64,000 nt of DNA from Trichosphaerium sp. ATCC 40318. Lineage: Eukaryota > Protista > Tubulinea. A model generated the notes under the pieces. The model was not told the origin of the DNA and made no database searches. It was given only the letters and a program-made list of their open reading frames with translations. This document shows, one piece after another, positions 51,759 through 64,000 of this stretch. A program made the translations under genes and the position numbers. Numbering within the stretch: position 1 is the stretch's first letter; every line of letters starts with the position of its first letter. The stretch spans positions 186,001-250,000 of the forward strand of contig JALMLS010000368.1 in assembly GCA_038496445.1 (NCBI GenBank). The letters are read 5' to 3'.

Positions 51759-53547
51759 ATGCTTACTAGGGGTAATCATTGTTTAGAAACGTTCTAAGCG
51801 TGTTATAATTAATATTTGTGTAGTTGGCGTTCGGCGCAGCAATTATGCGTACAACCGCAATAATATTGCAATTAAAAGCGTACAGAAACGTAAAACGTCT
51901 CCTGTAGTGGTTTGTAGGTATTTATCTCTAGAACAGAAGCAACGGCTAAAACAAGAAAGGTGCAGTACTCGCATACGCTCATAATAACCGTACATAGAAT
52001 ATTAGACAAAATCCACCGCTACTACAAAGGCTTATATCTCATTCCAATAGATGCCTATCGAGCTAGAAAGTTTAAAAAAAAGCGTTCACGAGGTATGCCA
52101 GTACGCTTGTTGATGTACAGTGTCAACAATATGACATAAAGCCAAATCCAACTAAAACGCTTAAAAGGTGAAAAACTAAAGTTTGCTGAATTCCAGACAA
52201 TACGTAAATCGAGTTTAAATATAAAAGTACGCTCAAAATGGCCACAGGACCCTAAAACGCAATGAGAGAAAAAATTTACCAACCAATTTTGATTCTTGAT
52301 TTTTTCTGATGTTGTTTAGTACTCCATACCATTCTTTCTATTATTCCCACTTATGTTCTCAAAACTATCGCCAGGAATAATAGCTGCATTACCTATGATA
52401 CTTACATATAGATTTGTATGGCCAGAGTGTATGCCGACAACTCTTTGGTCATGGAAAGTTTGGTTCAGAATATTAAATCGAGATATTTCCAGAAAACACA
52501 AGCTATCTTCCACTGTATTACCTACGCTTCATAGTGCGATATCTAATATATTAGTAAAAAATACACCAAATAACACCGAGGATGATACGCTTTTGGTTCT
52601 TCAAAGAAAGTTAGAAAGAGATACTGACTTAACTGATTTTGAGATGGATAAGTTAAAGACACTCTTGGGTAGTCGTGCATCTAAGAATGTGATCCTTGCT
52701 TCAGCGACAAAGTTTCAAGAAATACTAGAAAAGGTACATATGATTGCGTTTAATCTTTTGAAAGCACGTGGCATTTTATTAATGGTTTTCTTTAAGGTCG
52801 AAAATGGTTATGCTATCACTGAAGAAGATGTTAAAAAAAGTGTTTCTATAATCAATTTGATTGGCTTGGATTCTTTTAATTTGAGCCAACTAAGGAAAAT
52901 ATGTCGTTCATTGAGGTACGTTATAAATACAAGTTCAATGTATACGATTAATGTCATTTTGGTTTTTTTTTTGCAATCGTAAACTTTTTCATTTCGCTCT
53001 TTTTTATTAACACCTGTTGTAGGCTGGTGCAGGTATATTGATTTGGCAGCTAAGCTCTTATATTTTCTTACTACTTTATATAGATTTTACCTAGTAAGAA
53101 GTTAGCGATAAGGCGTATTAACAAGCGGTTAGTAGAGATGAGAGAAGCTGATAAGGTACATTACTTAAAAAAACAATCTGCGTTCTGTTGTTGATTATTG
53201 ACGGTTTCTTCAAGTTGTTAGTTGAAAAGTTAAAAGGTGAAGGTGTTGTAGAAAGGTACCTCCAAGAGTATTCAATGGAACGTCTCTTGAGAGTAGATCG
53301 GGATGGCCAGACATTGTCAGACAACATTTCAACATATCTACACTTATCTCTCCATAAAACCGGATCTCAGTCAACACTTAAGGACTCTTCTCTTGTTATC
53401 ACATCTTTACTATTGAACAATGCTGTAGAGCAAGTACCAGAAAAAAAAGAAGAAGATGAAGAACTAGAGCGTCGCGAGCAAGCTATGGAAAAAATAAATA
53501 AGGAGGTTAAAGCACTCCAAGACACTATTGAAATAGAAAACAAATAA
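51759..53547 (+). CDS. LETM1/Mdm38-like mitochondrial inner-membrane protein (start approximate)
   Basis: Presequence-like MLTRVGVRRSNYAY; KRLKGEKLKFAE; TM segment SPGIIAALPMILTYRFVWPECMPTT; LDSFNLSQLRKICR; RLVEMREADK. The order matches the LETM1 ribosome-binding domain. Confidence 0.6.
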
Positions 53548-53931
53548 AAAAGTTTCTCGTCTTTTAATATCTATTGTCATAATAAGCAATCTGACCAAAT
53601 AAGCATCTAGCTCAATACTGAGGTAACATTTTATGACGCACTTGTGCATTCAAAAGGGTCCAACAATCACGTGGTAAGGGGTTGAAACTTATTTCTAAAT
53701 TTGCTTTTTTTATTTAAAAAGCCGGGCTCTATTCACACCAGCGGACATTATAGGCTTAGCTCAACGAGTACCAGCGTTTGAGTTGTTGTAATTCAATTAA
53801 GCGATTAAGAAACAACATTTTTCAAAAATTAGTCAGTACCGCCTTTGAACAAGTTTTATTAAAATTATGAACTCATGTTTGGACTCTAAGCTCCTTGGTG
53901 GACCTACGACAACAATATTGTTTGGTAATTT

Positions 53932-54397
53932 TCACGTGCAACAAGGTAAAGGCATACAATTGTTTTTTGCAGCTCTTGCCTTTTTCAGTTTGCCATACCT
54001 CCATCTCTTGGTATTATCTAGATCTATTTGAAAAGTAAATGTTGTCGTTTTGTGTACGTGAAATATGCTGTTTTCACCTTTTTTTCGCATTAGAGTTATT
54101 ACACTAAGTCTATTCTCTTCTATCAACTAACCAAAGGAACTCAACTTAGACGATGTTGGGGAAGACAAAATGTCTTGTGGCTCTAGGGCAGCGCCAAGCA
54201 TTTGTTATCTATTATACAAGAAACACTTGGAAAATAAACAAAAGTTTTACAGTATTTTTCACAAATTGAAAAGGAAATTTTTTGGGGGATGTGGGTGATT
54301 GCTGCTCGCCATGTTCTTTATAAGCGTTGTAGGCTGTTTGTAGTTGATTTATGTGAGTCTCACTAAGTCTGTAACGGAGAAAAACACGTACAGCCAT
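53932..54397 (-). CDS. Small hypothetical protein (multi-exon, boundaries uncertain)
   Basis: ORF fragments MAVRVFLRYRLSETHINQLQ... and DLDNTKRWRYGKLKK..., separated by GT-AG-like introns and divergent from the next gene. Confidence 0.35.
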
Positions 54398-54504
54398 TTT
54401 GCTACACTCGCTTAATTGGGAACACAACTTTTTACCCAATTGTCTAAAACTGTGCTGAGAGCAACACTAATACTTGTCAAGTATAATACATTACGTTATC
54501 ACGG

Positions 54505-56702
54505 ATGGCGGAGGAATTTAGCATAGATGAGCCGTGTACGCTGTTTTTAGATCATAGATTGTACATTGAGCTTACGTCACGTATTACAGTCAATCCGTAC
54601 ACTAATAAGCAAAAACTACCGCTAAACGCTTCGTTTGAATCAAACGATGCTCAAAATGATAATCAAGCACCCCACCAACGACGTAAACACCAAACACGGG
54701 CAACAACACAAGAAATCTCAACTCCAGCGCCTAAAGTCGGCGATACTTCTCATATTTACTGTGTACCTCTTGAGTGCATTGTTGAAGTACTTGGGTTCTT
54801 ACCAGTGTCAAAATGGCGAGACTTCGAGTATGACTGGACTAATACAGACTATTGTCTGACTTTTCGACATTGAGCTGTGTCAGCAGTACTAAGTGTTTAC
54901 TAGACTTGTTTGCCTGACTTGGTTCAATATCCTTCAGGATGAAAGGCTATGGTTGAAGACACTGCCTCAAGATATTCAAGTGAGGTATAAAACTAATAAA
55001 GGTGGGATAAGGGTAAGACAATCTCCAAGAGGCTTGGCATTATCACGTGCAGTTGGAAAACAATGGGAGGCGTAAGTGTTTTTTTTATTGCTAGGATTTT
55101 CTCGTTTTTTTCTTAATGATGATATTAGGCGTTTCAAGAACGCCTCTACTCTTGCTACTGTTCTTGGTGGAGAGAAAGTTATGCTAAAAACGAGGTCTAA
55201 ACACGAAGATTTATTAGGGTTTATTTCACGTAAACCTGGAACAGTGTTTTCCTTGGACCTTAAAACATTGAAATGCTCTGGTATTTCGTCGTATTTTGAA
55301 GGAGATATAATGGCTGTTTACCAAGACTGTACGTACGATACATTCGTAGCTATTGACAAATATTAACTTATCTTAACAGATAACAATGATACACTAACAG
55401 TGGCTTCAACCCGGTTAGTAGGCAACAAGTGTAAGGTGTACACGATGTCTGGAAAAAAGAATGTTCGGCATAAATACACACTTGAGTATACAGGACAGGT
55501 CAGCTCTATTGCTGTTTACAAGGATTTCATAATTTTGGTACAATAAAACTTGTTATGTTAATATACTTACAAGGATACTAGGAATTTGGTAGTTATCTTC
55601 GCAAGTCGTTTATGTACTATTCACTTGTTGGATTGAAGAAGCAAAAAAAGTATTTTCCTTATTTTCCAAGACTATTCTGTTAACGGGTTGACTTATAGAG
55701 CGATTGTAATCAAACCTACTGAAGTAGATCATAGAGTATTGGACTATAATTGTGAATATATCGGTGTAACATCACAAGGGTTGATATATCAAAAGCAAAC
55801 CCAGTTATGGCTTGTCAGCGAGGTATGCTTATTGTATTTCTAATTGTTTACCATTTACCTATTTTCTCAGCCTTCAAAATGTGATGTTTTGTTAAATGTT
55901 GGATTCAACCCACAATTACAAGTTTATAGATCTAAAAATGAAGACTTCATTTGGTATTCAAGTTTTAAGACACCAGGTCAAAGATTGTACTTTCTCAAAA
56001 CAGGAAAATCATATCTTATTACCGAAAATGTAGTATCTAGGTTCTCTAGTACACGGGTATACTACCCAGAACAAGGTATGGTCAATAAGTTTATACAAAA
56101 TCTGAGATTGCCTTTTTGTTTTTCCAAGAAAAGCTGATCTGTACAGCTCAAATCATTCATATTCTCAGTTTTTTCTCCCTTTGCCTTGAAATATTGTTTT
56201 TATAACCTAGCTTGCAAAAACGTAACGTGTTTCTGTGGGACGGGGAAGAAAAAAGTAGGATTGAACAAATTGTACTACACTAAGCTCTGCTTTTCTTTTT
56301 TTTTTTTTTTTTTTTTTTTTTTGTTTGCTTCTGCCTCTAATTGTTTTTTATAAAGGTTATTTCTTTACAATGTCGCCTGAAAAGAATAAGAGTGTATCGC
56401 TTTATAATGTAAGAACAAAGCAAAGAGTATGGATAAGCAAAACAGGACCTGAAGTACCTCATATTAGTTCCTTTGTGAATTTCTTTGACTTTGAAAACAA
56501 AGTATGGCTTGGGATTGCAGCGAACAGAGGTAAACTTGTCAACGTGAATGTTCATTGTGTTAAGACAGGTTTGGTGTTGTATACTTTCACCAAAACATTG
56601 CTTCTTCATAAGGGAGTAGATGTTGTTAACGGTAAACTGTTTTTTTATGACAAAAGTCATACCGTAAAGAAAGGCGCAGTCATGGACCTTAAAGTCGCTT
56701 GA
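54505..56702 (+). CDS. F-box protein with a beta-rich C-terminal region
   Basis: VPLECIVEVLGFLPVSKWRDF-LVCLTWFNILQDERLW F-box; multiple downstream exons. Confidence 0.75.
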
Positions 56703-57042
56703 GATAAATAATAAAAAAAGTGATTTTATCACTTCATTCTTCATCATAGAAACTAAATGTTGAGGCTCAATTGACGCCATTCTACAGATTGTACACTTTA
56801 GTGTCAATGCCACTCTAACAAATTACAACACAGCTGAAAGCACGATTACATTGTGTTTTGCATAAAACAGCTCATTTTTTTTTATCATCATGTGGCGTTG
56901 ATAATATAATTGAACACTACAACTTGCTATTAATAAACTACTTTTTCTTTTATTAATTCTCTTTGTGTTTTCATTAAAGACTAGTCAACTCGAGGTATGT
57001 CGCAGGTATCCAATATGTCCATGTAGTAATGCTATGGGTTTT

Positions 57043-57909
57043 TCAGAAAACAATGTGCAACCTTATGCCTAATGCCTCAATAGCTTCTATTGGAAAATTA
57101 TTCCTCATACTAAAATCCAGGCTAAGTGTTTTGAGAGAAGTCAAGTATGTCAAACAAACATGTGTTAGTAAAGGACAAATATAAATTGTCACGTGCTCAA
57201 GATTTATCAAGTTCTTGAACCCTAAGTCAGTTATCAGGCAACACCTATTCAAACTTAACTTCTTGACATTGGTCAATGATTTAACTCCATCATCCGTTAT
57301 TGGTAGTCCAACAAGTGAAGCCCTGCCATAAATAGTAATAGTGTGTACATTACTAAGGTGTTTGAGCCATGAGTCTTTTGGATCGCTGATTGTAACATCA
57401 TGAACATCTTTGAGTGCCTTTATTCCTTCTTCACTAATATTCACACAACCACAAAGATTAATTGTGTGTACACCTCTGAGTGCGATCAATGATGCATCTG
57501 TTATCTGTCGTGACAAGTTAATGGTGTGAATGGTGTGCTTTCCTCCTTGTAGTAATGTAAGGATACCTGAGTCTGTAATATTTGTTCGAACGAGGTTTAT
57601 TGATTTAACACCAGAAAGACAACACAACTCATCAGGTGATAGATCCATATAACTACAATCAATATACGTGTTTTTCAGAAGCGGGCTGCCTTTGAGTGCT
57701 GGCAAATCTGATTGTGTTATTGAGAGGCGATGAAAGCCAATATTACAACGAATGATGTTATTAAACACGTGAGAAACTGTAGACGTCTTAATAAGGTGTT
57801 CTCTTTTTAATTGGCGTAGAATAATGGTTAACGTCTCTGGTGGTAAATCTTCAAGTGATTTCTCTTTGTTAACTTGAGGACCGGATGTGTGAAGTTTGTT
57901 GGTTGCCAT
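57043..57909 (-). CDS. Intronless F-box/LRR protein A
   Basis: LEDLPPETLTIILRQL F-box; LRRs GVKSINL..TNITD.GI, GVHTINL.GC.NIS. Confidence 0.9.
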   Translation of the reverse strand: MATNKLHTSGPQVNKEKSLEDLPPETLTIILRQLKREHLIKTSTVSHVFNNIIRCNIGFHRLSITQSDLPALKGSPLLKNTYIDCSYMDLSPDELCCLSGVKSINLVRTNITDSGILTLLQGGKHTIHTINLSRQITDASLIALRGVHTINLCGCVNISEEGIKALKDVHDVTISDPKDSWLKHLSNVHTITIYGRASLVGLPITDDGVKSLTNVKKLSLNRCCLITDLGFKNLINLEHVTIYICPLLTHVCLTYLTSLKTLSLDFSMRNNFPIEAIEALGIRLHIVF

Positions 57910-58250
57910 CGTATTACCTGTGCTTGCCCTCTTGTGAAGATTTGTTTGTTTGGAGAATTATCAAGAATTGAATTCATAGGACTGAGATTCATGTTATTAG
58001 GGAAGCCCTTTAGAAGGTGCCTTATTTATGGCAAAAATGCAATAAAGGATTGTTCAAACACGCAAGCTTAGCTGTTGTGGCTACTTGCCACTCTTCAACA
58101 ACAATGACGCCATGGCACCCGGCTACTTATACTAACCTTGAGTAAGAAAAACATGAAATGTTCGCTTGGCATTCATACACCTCCTGTAAATAGCATTGTA
58201 AAGTGTAAGTTAATAACACCAAAAAACCAAACCAACAATTTTTTTGGGTT

Positions 58251-60563
58251 TTATTTTAAGATCTTTGCCTCATTGTTAACATGAGAATTCATTAAGTATA
58301 CGTGTACATCGAGTGGTATTAAGTCTCCTTGTAATTCGTTACCATCATCCAAATCTGTTTGTGTATCTTCTGTTGTGAACAATCTCTGGAAAAAACAAAA
58401 CTATTAGTTTCAAAGTATTTTCAATGAAGGCTTCACCACTCCCTCCCTATTTACGTACTCTTATGTTCTCTACTTGAATTGGAAGTGTAATTTTGAAAGG
58501 AAATCTCGTATCAGTTGGATTTGTTACAATCAGCATTACTTCATGTCCCACCTTCCATGCTCTAAAAACAAGAAAATTTTAAGAATAAAACAAAGCATTG
58601 ATGCTCCTTTATCGTTTTAAGAACGCACCTAGCATCAACATAAGGTATCTTCCATACTTCTGTTGTATCTTTAGGATAAACATCAAGGGGTATATCTTCA
58701 CCAAGAAGTATAAAAGGATAAACAACAGGCATCTAGAAACAAAGATCAATAAGCGGAAAAAACACCGAATACAAATGTTGCTTCTTTGAGTCAAATATTT
58801 TGGCTCTCTTACCTCCTTTGCAATTTTAGATGTCTCTATGTACAAAGCCGGATTCACATCAGATGGCGCAGAACCTTTCATAAAATATAAAAAGCCATTA
58901 ACATTGCCATGAACGATCATTGAGTATGACATGTATCGGCCTTGACTAGGATCTGGTTGAGTTGACCACCACTCACTGGTACCTATAAAGATGAATGTTA
59001 GCTTTGTGGACATGATTAATAATAACTCGTAATACCAAATGACTGAGGTATCATCCACACTGGCTTTGTGTTAAACGTGTCACCATGATAAATATCCACT
59101 CTTTATACAAAAAATGAATTCACGATATCACATGTACGTTGATATTTCTTCTATTCTTTGTACCTGTGCGGGGCATCTGTTACATCACCAATACAATCAT
59201 CGCAACCACATACACCGTATGTTAGATTACAAGGAGTCATGTCAACGCCCTAGATTAAGTCAGGAGGAATTTGTTCAAAACATCATTCAACTAACAATAG
59301 GATAAGGATCTGCCATTAAAACGTCTGTTGTGTGCCAATACGCTTGTGTTGATGTTAGGCAATTCAACACAACTGTTGTTGGGTGATAAGGGTCTAGTTC
59401 TTTAATAAGCTTTTGAGCTTCAAGGACAACAGAAGGAGCAACGCCAGGACCATCAGGTTCGTCAGCAGTATACCTAACAAACAGAAGGCTTAACAACCCT
59501 CTTGGTTTTTGGCGTAATATTACCATGCAAATATAGCAGGATGATCCTTCCACCTATTGATATGATACCTAACTAGATCGAGGTCTTTATAGTAGTGTTC
59601 AAGAGACCAATGAACTTTTATTCCTAAACAAATATCAGTAACAAGTTTTTTATGGTTTATTCTTCGCACCAAGCTCATGTGCTCTATTCATGAACTGTTC
59701 CCATAAGCTCTCAGGCTAGATAAAAGAATGAATATACAGTTTATACATGTATATTTGATTATGTTGGGTACTTACTAAGAGCGAAGGCCTTGCTTGAAAG
59801 ACATTAAATCCATCTAGCTTCATCTGATCAAGTATTGTTATATTCTTTGAAAGGTAGTTATCCCAAGAATAGAAATAGCCAACAGGAAAGAAAGGTTCAT
59901 CATTAACTTTCAAAAAAAAACGTTATCACGTGGGTTGTTTGTGTTGACATTTTAAATTGAGTTGATGAAAAACGTACCTAGGTATCCGTGAGTCATGTAG
60001 TCTACTTTGGCAGTCTCCTCTCGATGCGGAACACGATATAAATGTACAGTTTCTGTTGCTATTGGTGTCATGCTATCACTCTCAATCAGCTGACAAGATA
60101 CATCAGTTTTTTTTGTGCTTATAGGCAGCTTGTTCAGGTCGAATGGTATAAACAACTTCCCGCCTGCTTTCACTTGAGTCTATCCAGAGTAAGACAAACC
60201 AAAAAGGAAAAAATATTTACGGCAAAAAACTAACCTCGACCAGAACTTCACCTGCTTGACCTTCTATAACGCCACGAAAAGTGTAAGGAAAGTTAGGTAA
60301 ATCTTCTTTAATAGTAGCGACAATATGACCCTCAGTTTCTCTGTCGTACGGTAGTAACCCTTTAGAACACGTGAATCAGATTTTACGGTTTAAAACGATT
60401 CATCGGACTTACCAGGCGTAACAATCATCGCCTTGTCATCCAACGGTCTAGGAAACGGTACATACGGACCTGGCGCTTGATAGTGTTTACCACACCAAGT
60501 TGGATCAGCTGACATCACGTGATAAATAACAAAACATAATAAAACGCAAACCAATCGCCTCAT
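58251..60563 (-). CDS. Secreted glycoside-hydrolase-like (TIM-barrel, clan-A-like) protein
   Basis: Signal peptide MRRLVCVLLCFVIYHVMSA; WCGKHY; EPFFPVGY; YTADEPDG; DPYHPTTVVLNC; DVLMADPYPI; CNLTYGVCGCDDC; KPVWMIPQSFG. Confidence 0.7.
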
Positions 60564-60638
60564 GCTTCTTTTTGTGTTAACGCTCAAATAATATTGAAAA
60601 AGTCAGCATATTTCAATGTTTGTTGACTTGAGTTACAT

Positions 60639-61224
60639 TCATACACCTGTTACATGAGTATTCTTAAGACCTCCTACTCCTTCAGGTGTAACCATAGTGT
60701 CTTTTAAATGAAGGATCTTAATACCAGCCATGTACTCCAAAGAAGAGTCGTTGATTGAGATGTTCTTTTGAATGCTTAACTCATGCAACCCGTCCAACGC
60801 TTGTACTCCGTGTCCATTAACACAAGAGCATCGATCAATATATAATGTATGAATTCCTGTTAGATACTCAATACCTGCATCCATTATACAACCGGAGCCA
60901 TTCAACACAAGTGTATGTGCTCCAGCCAAGGCTTGTAAAGTTTTGTTAAAAATAACAAAATCAACTTTGTAATTTATCATTTTCTTCAAAACTAACGTAT
61001 GAACACCAGCTAACGCCACTATCCCCTTGTGCGAGTAATTACAATCTATCAGTGACATAGTATGTACTCCAGCCAATGCTATAATCCCCTTATCTGACAC
61101 ACTTGTGTGATCAAGAAAAATAGTGTGAACTCCAGCAAGAGCAATGACACCTTCATCACCTACAACAGTTCTTCGAAGATCTATTGTATGGACTCCAGCC
61201 AATGCTTTGACACCTTCATCAGAT
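60639..61224 (-). pseudogene. 5'-truncated copy of F-box/LRR protein B
   Basis: AGVHT repeats; where both are visible it is the reverse complement of 63524-64000; truncated at an ATCAGAT junction. Confidence 0.8.
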
Positions 61225-61832
61225 TTTACGGTTTAAAACGATTCATCGGACTTACAGGCGTAACAATCATCGCCTTGTCATCCAACGGTCTAGGAAACGG
61301 TACATACGGACCTGGCGCTTGATAGTGTTTACCACACCAAGTTGGATCAGCTGACATCACGTGATAAATAACAAAACATAATAAAACGCAAACCAATCGC
61401 CTCATGCTTCTTTTTGTGTTAACGCTCAAAATAATATTGAAAAAAGTCAGCATATTTCAATGTTTGTTGACTTGAGTTACATTCATACACCTGTTACATG
61501 AGTATTCTTAAGACCTCCTACTCCTTCAGGTGTAACCATAGTGTCTTTTAAATGAAGGATCTTAATACCAGCCATGTACTCCAAAGAGAGTCGTTGATTG
61601 AGATGTTCTTTTGAATGCTTAACTCATGCAACCCGTCCAACGCTTGTACTCCGTGTCCATTAACACAAGAGCATCGATCAATATATAATGTATGAATTCC
61701 TGTTAGATACTCAATACCTGCATCCATTATACAACCGGAGCCATTCAACACAAGTGTATGTGCTCCAGCCAAGGCTTGTAAAGTTTTGTTAAAAAATAAC
61801 AAAATCAACTTTGTAATTTATCATTTTCTTCA
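61218..61832. repeat. Direct duplicate of 60376-60988 (GH gene 5' exon plus LRR-B 3' end) with small indels
   Basis: Near-identical sequence; differences seen are 1-2-nt indels (TTACCAGG/TTACAGG, AAAGAAGAG/AAAGAGAG, A-run lengths). Confidence 0.92.
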
Positions 61833-62515
61833 CTAATATTCACACAACCACAAAGATTAATTGTGTGTACACCTCTGAGTGCGATCAATGATGCATCTGT
61901 TATCTGTCGTGACAAGTTAATGGTGTGAATGGTGTGCTTTCCTCCTTGTAGTAATGTAAGGATACCTGAGTCTGTAATATTTGTTCGAACGAGGTTTATT
62001 GATTTAACACCAGAAAGACAACACAACTCATCAGGTGATAGATCCATATAACTACAATCAATATACGTGTTTTTCAGAAGCGGGCTGCCTTTGAGTGCTG
62101 GCAAATCTGATTGTGTTATTGAGAGGCGATGAAAGCCAATATTACAACGAATGATGTTATTAAACACGTGAGAAACTGTAGACGTCTTAATAAGGTGTTC
62201 TCTTTTTAATTGGCGTAGAATAATGGTTAACGTCTCTGGTGGTAAATCTTCAAGTGATTTCTCTTTGTTAACTTGAGGACCGGATGTGTGAAGTTTGTTG
62301 GTTGCCATCGTATTACCTGTGCTTGCCCTCTTGTGAAGATTTGTTTGTTTGGAGAATTATCAAGAATTGAATTCATAGGACTGAGATTCATGTTATTAGG
62401 GAAGCCTTTAGAAGGTGCCTTATTTATGGCAAAAATGCAATAAAGGATTGTTCAAACACGCAAGCTTAGCTGTTGTGGCTACTTGCCACTCTTCAACAAC
62501 AATGACGCCATGGCA
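61826..62515. repeat. Direct duplicate of 57427-58117 (5' half of F-box/LRR A plus upstream), giving the truncated ORF 61805-62308
   Basis: Identical translation MATNKLHTSG...CVNISEE, then an abrupt switch at TTCTTCA. Confidence 0.92.
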
Positions 62516-63147
62516 GTCATTTAACGCGCTTCATACCAGTTTGGAACTTAATTAATATAAGTCGACTTGCTGTATTTGAAGTGCTGAAATACGAATGGAA
62601 ATTTAGATATTTTGACGTCTTTGCAATTTTTACAATCACCTAAATCCCCTCGTCTGTCTACTGACAAAGAACGTCCTCTATGGGCTTTTACTAATTGCTT
62701 CAAAGGCATTGACATAATCACAGTTTGTTAGTCTTATTCTTAAAAAAAAAAAAAATCAGTTTGTTAGTCTACAATAAAAAAAATAAGGAGCACCGTGGTA
62801 TGAGCTTAAGTAAAGTTACATTAAGTGAATGTGTTTGCATACAAAACACTAGTTGCAAAAACAACAAGTCCGGTTTGGGAAATCTGAAGTTATTCTCATT
62901 TTTAAAGAAACAAGTTCCAACGCTATAAAATCTAATAACATGAAGTGTTTTAGCGTGATTTGCAGTCATTGTTTTTCGGCGCAACCCAAAAAGTCAACGG
63001 TTTTGTTTAAACACACATAACTCAGTATCAACGCAAAGAATAGCATATCTAGGCTTACGCCAGCATAATTAGAAGTTAATAAGGTATTGTTCGCCGCTAT
63101 CGTCTTTAAAAAACGATTAGCCGTCTTTTAACGCATGTTAGAGTACC

Positions 63148-64000
63148 ATGTCTCACCCAGAAACATCCTTTATGCTAGATTTACCTCGCGAAATTCTTTG
63201 TGCCATTTTTGCACTTCTAGAGTCACCTTCAACGTTTAACGTATGCGCATCATGTTGGCTGTTCGCTAATATAATACGTAATAACGTTGGATACGGTAAC
63301 GTGGCTCTTTGGTGCTCTGAAGACTATAACCAGTTCGTCAAGTATAAGTCTATGCTTAAAAATACAAGAGTGCGCATTGAAACACCTCTCATGTTGGAGG
63401 ACATTGACATATCTTTGTTGGCTGGTATCCATACTATTGATTTATCCATTACTACAATATCTGATAGTGGAGTTAAAGCCTTAGCTGGGGTTCATAGTAT
63501 TTGCCTATCACGTTGCCGTAACATATCTGATGAAGGTGTCAAAGCATTGGCTGGAGTCCATACAATAGATCTTCGAAGAACTGTTGTAGGTGATGAAGGT
63601 GTCATTGCTCTTGCTGGAGTTCACACTATTTTTCTTGATCACACAAGTGTGTCAGATAAGGGGATTATAGCATTGGCTGGAGTACATACTATGTCACTGA
63701 TAGATTGTAATTACTCGCACAAGGGGATAGTGGCGTTAGCTGGTGTTCATACGTTAGTTTTGAAGAAAATGATAAATTACAAAGTTGATTTTGTTATTTT
63801 TAACAAAACTTTACAAGCCTTGGCTGGAGCACATACACTTGTGTTGAATGGCTCCGGTTGTATAATGGATGCAGGTATTGAGTATCTAACAGGAATTCAT
63901 ACATTATATATTGATCGATGCTCTTGTGTTAATGGACACGGAGTACAAGCGTTGGACGGGTTGCATGAGTTAAGCATTCAAAAGAACATCTCAATCAACG
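63148..64000 (+). CDS. Intronless F-box/LRR protein B (runs off the window end; absent from the ORF track)
   Basis: MSHPETSFMLDLPREILCAIF F-box, open frame through LAGIHTIDL, LAGVHSICL, LAGVHTIDL repeats. Confidence 0.88.
   Translation, partial: MSHPETSFMLDLPREILCAIFALLESPSTFNVCASCWLFANIIRNNVGYGNVALWCSEDYNQFVKYKSMLKNTRVRIETPLMLEDIDISLLAGIHTIDLSITTISDSGVKALAGVHSICLSRCRNISDEGVKALAGVHTIDLRRTVVGDEGVIALAGVHTIFLDHTSVSDKGIIALAGVHTMSLIDCNYSHKGIVALAGVHTLVLKKMINYKVDFVIFNKTLQALAGAHTLVLNGSGCIMDAGIEYLTGIHTLYIDRCSCVNGHGVQALDGLHELSIQKNISIN

Noticed and set aside
56291-56325. Long poly-T tract (also 17890-17910)
   Set aside because: Intronic polypyrimidine homopolymer; no retroelement features nearby.
61226-61453. 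Second apparent secreted-protein gene
   Set aside because: Duplicated first exon of the GH-like gene within the rearranged segment; no downstream exons.

Overview
A gene-dense, AT-rich stretch of a microbial eukaryote genome, probably amoebozoan (inferred from an Acanthamoeba-like 5S rRNA and the gene families present). Introns are mostly 40-70 nt GT-AG with GTACGT/GTGCGT/GTAAGT donors and CTAAC-type branch sites, so the ORF track only catches exon fragments. About 24 protein genes are recognisable. In order: an SbcD-SbcC (Mre11-Rad50-like) fusion, a CLC channel, a kinesin-12, a methyltransferase, RanBP1, an NCS-type EF-hand protein, an FAD amine oxidase, V-ATPase subunit c, an AFF-CHD-like protein, an F-box/TBC protein, an EGF-repeat membrane protein, FAM50/XAP5, a repeat protein, a 2H-EEP-PAP-MJ1316 fusion, a zinc-finger TUTase-like NTase, eIF4G, RNF5-like, IMPDH, LETM1-like, F-box and F-box/LRR genes and a secreted glycoside-hydrolase-like protein. 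Highlights: (1) a head-to-head RNA end-healing/tailing pair. The multidomain repair protein appears to have lost its own nucleotidyltransferase catalytic residues, its divergent neighbour has an intact NTase, and the same 14-bp motif lies just upstream of both ATGs. (2) eIF4G introns host a complete 5S rRNA gene and two identical tRNA-Trp(CCA) cassettes in the sense orientation. (3) a putatively mitochondrial SbcCD fusion and a bacterial-type IMPDH. The last ~3.6 kb is a microhomology-joined duplication/inversion mosaic that may be an amplification or assembly chimera. Gene boundaries were spliced by eye and are approximate where stated.
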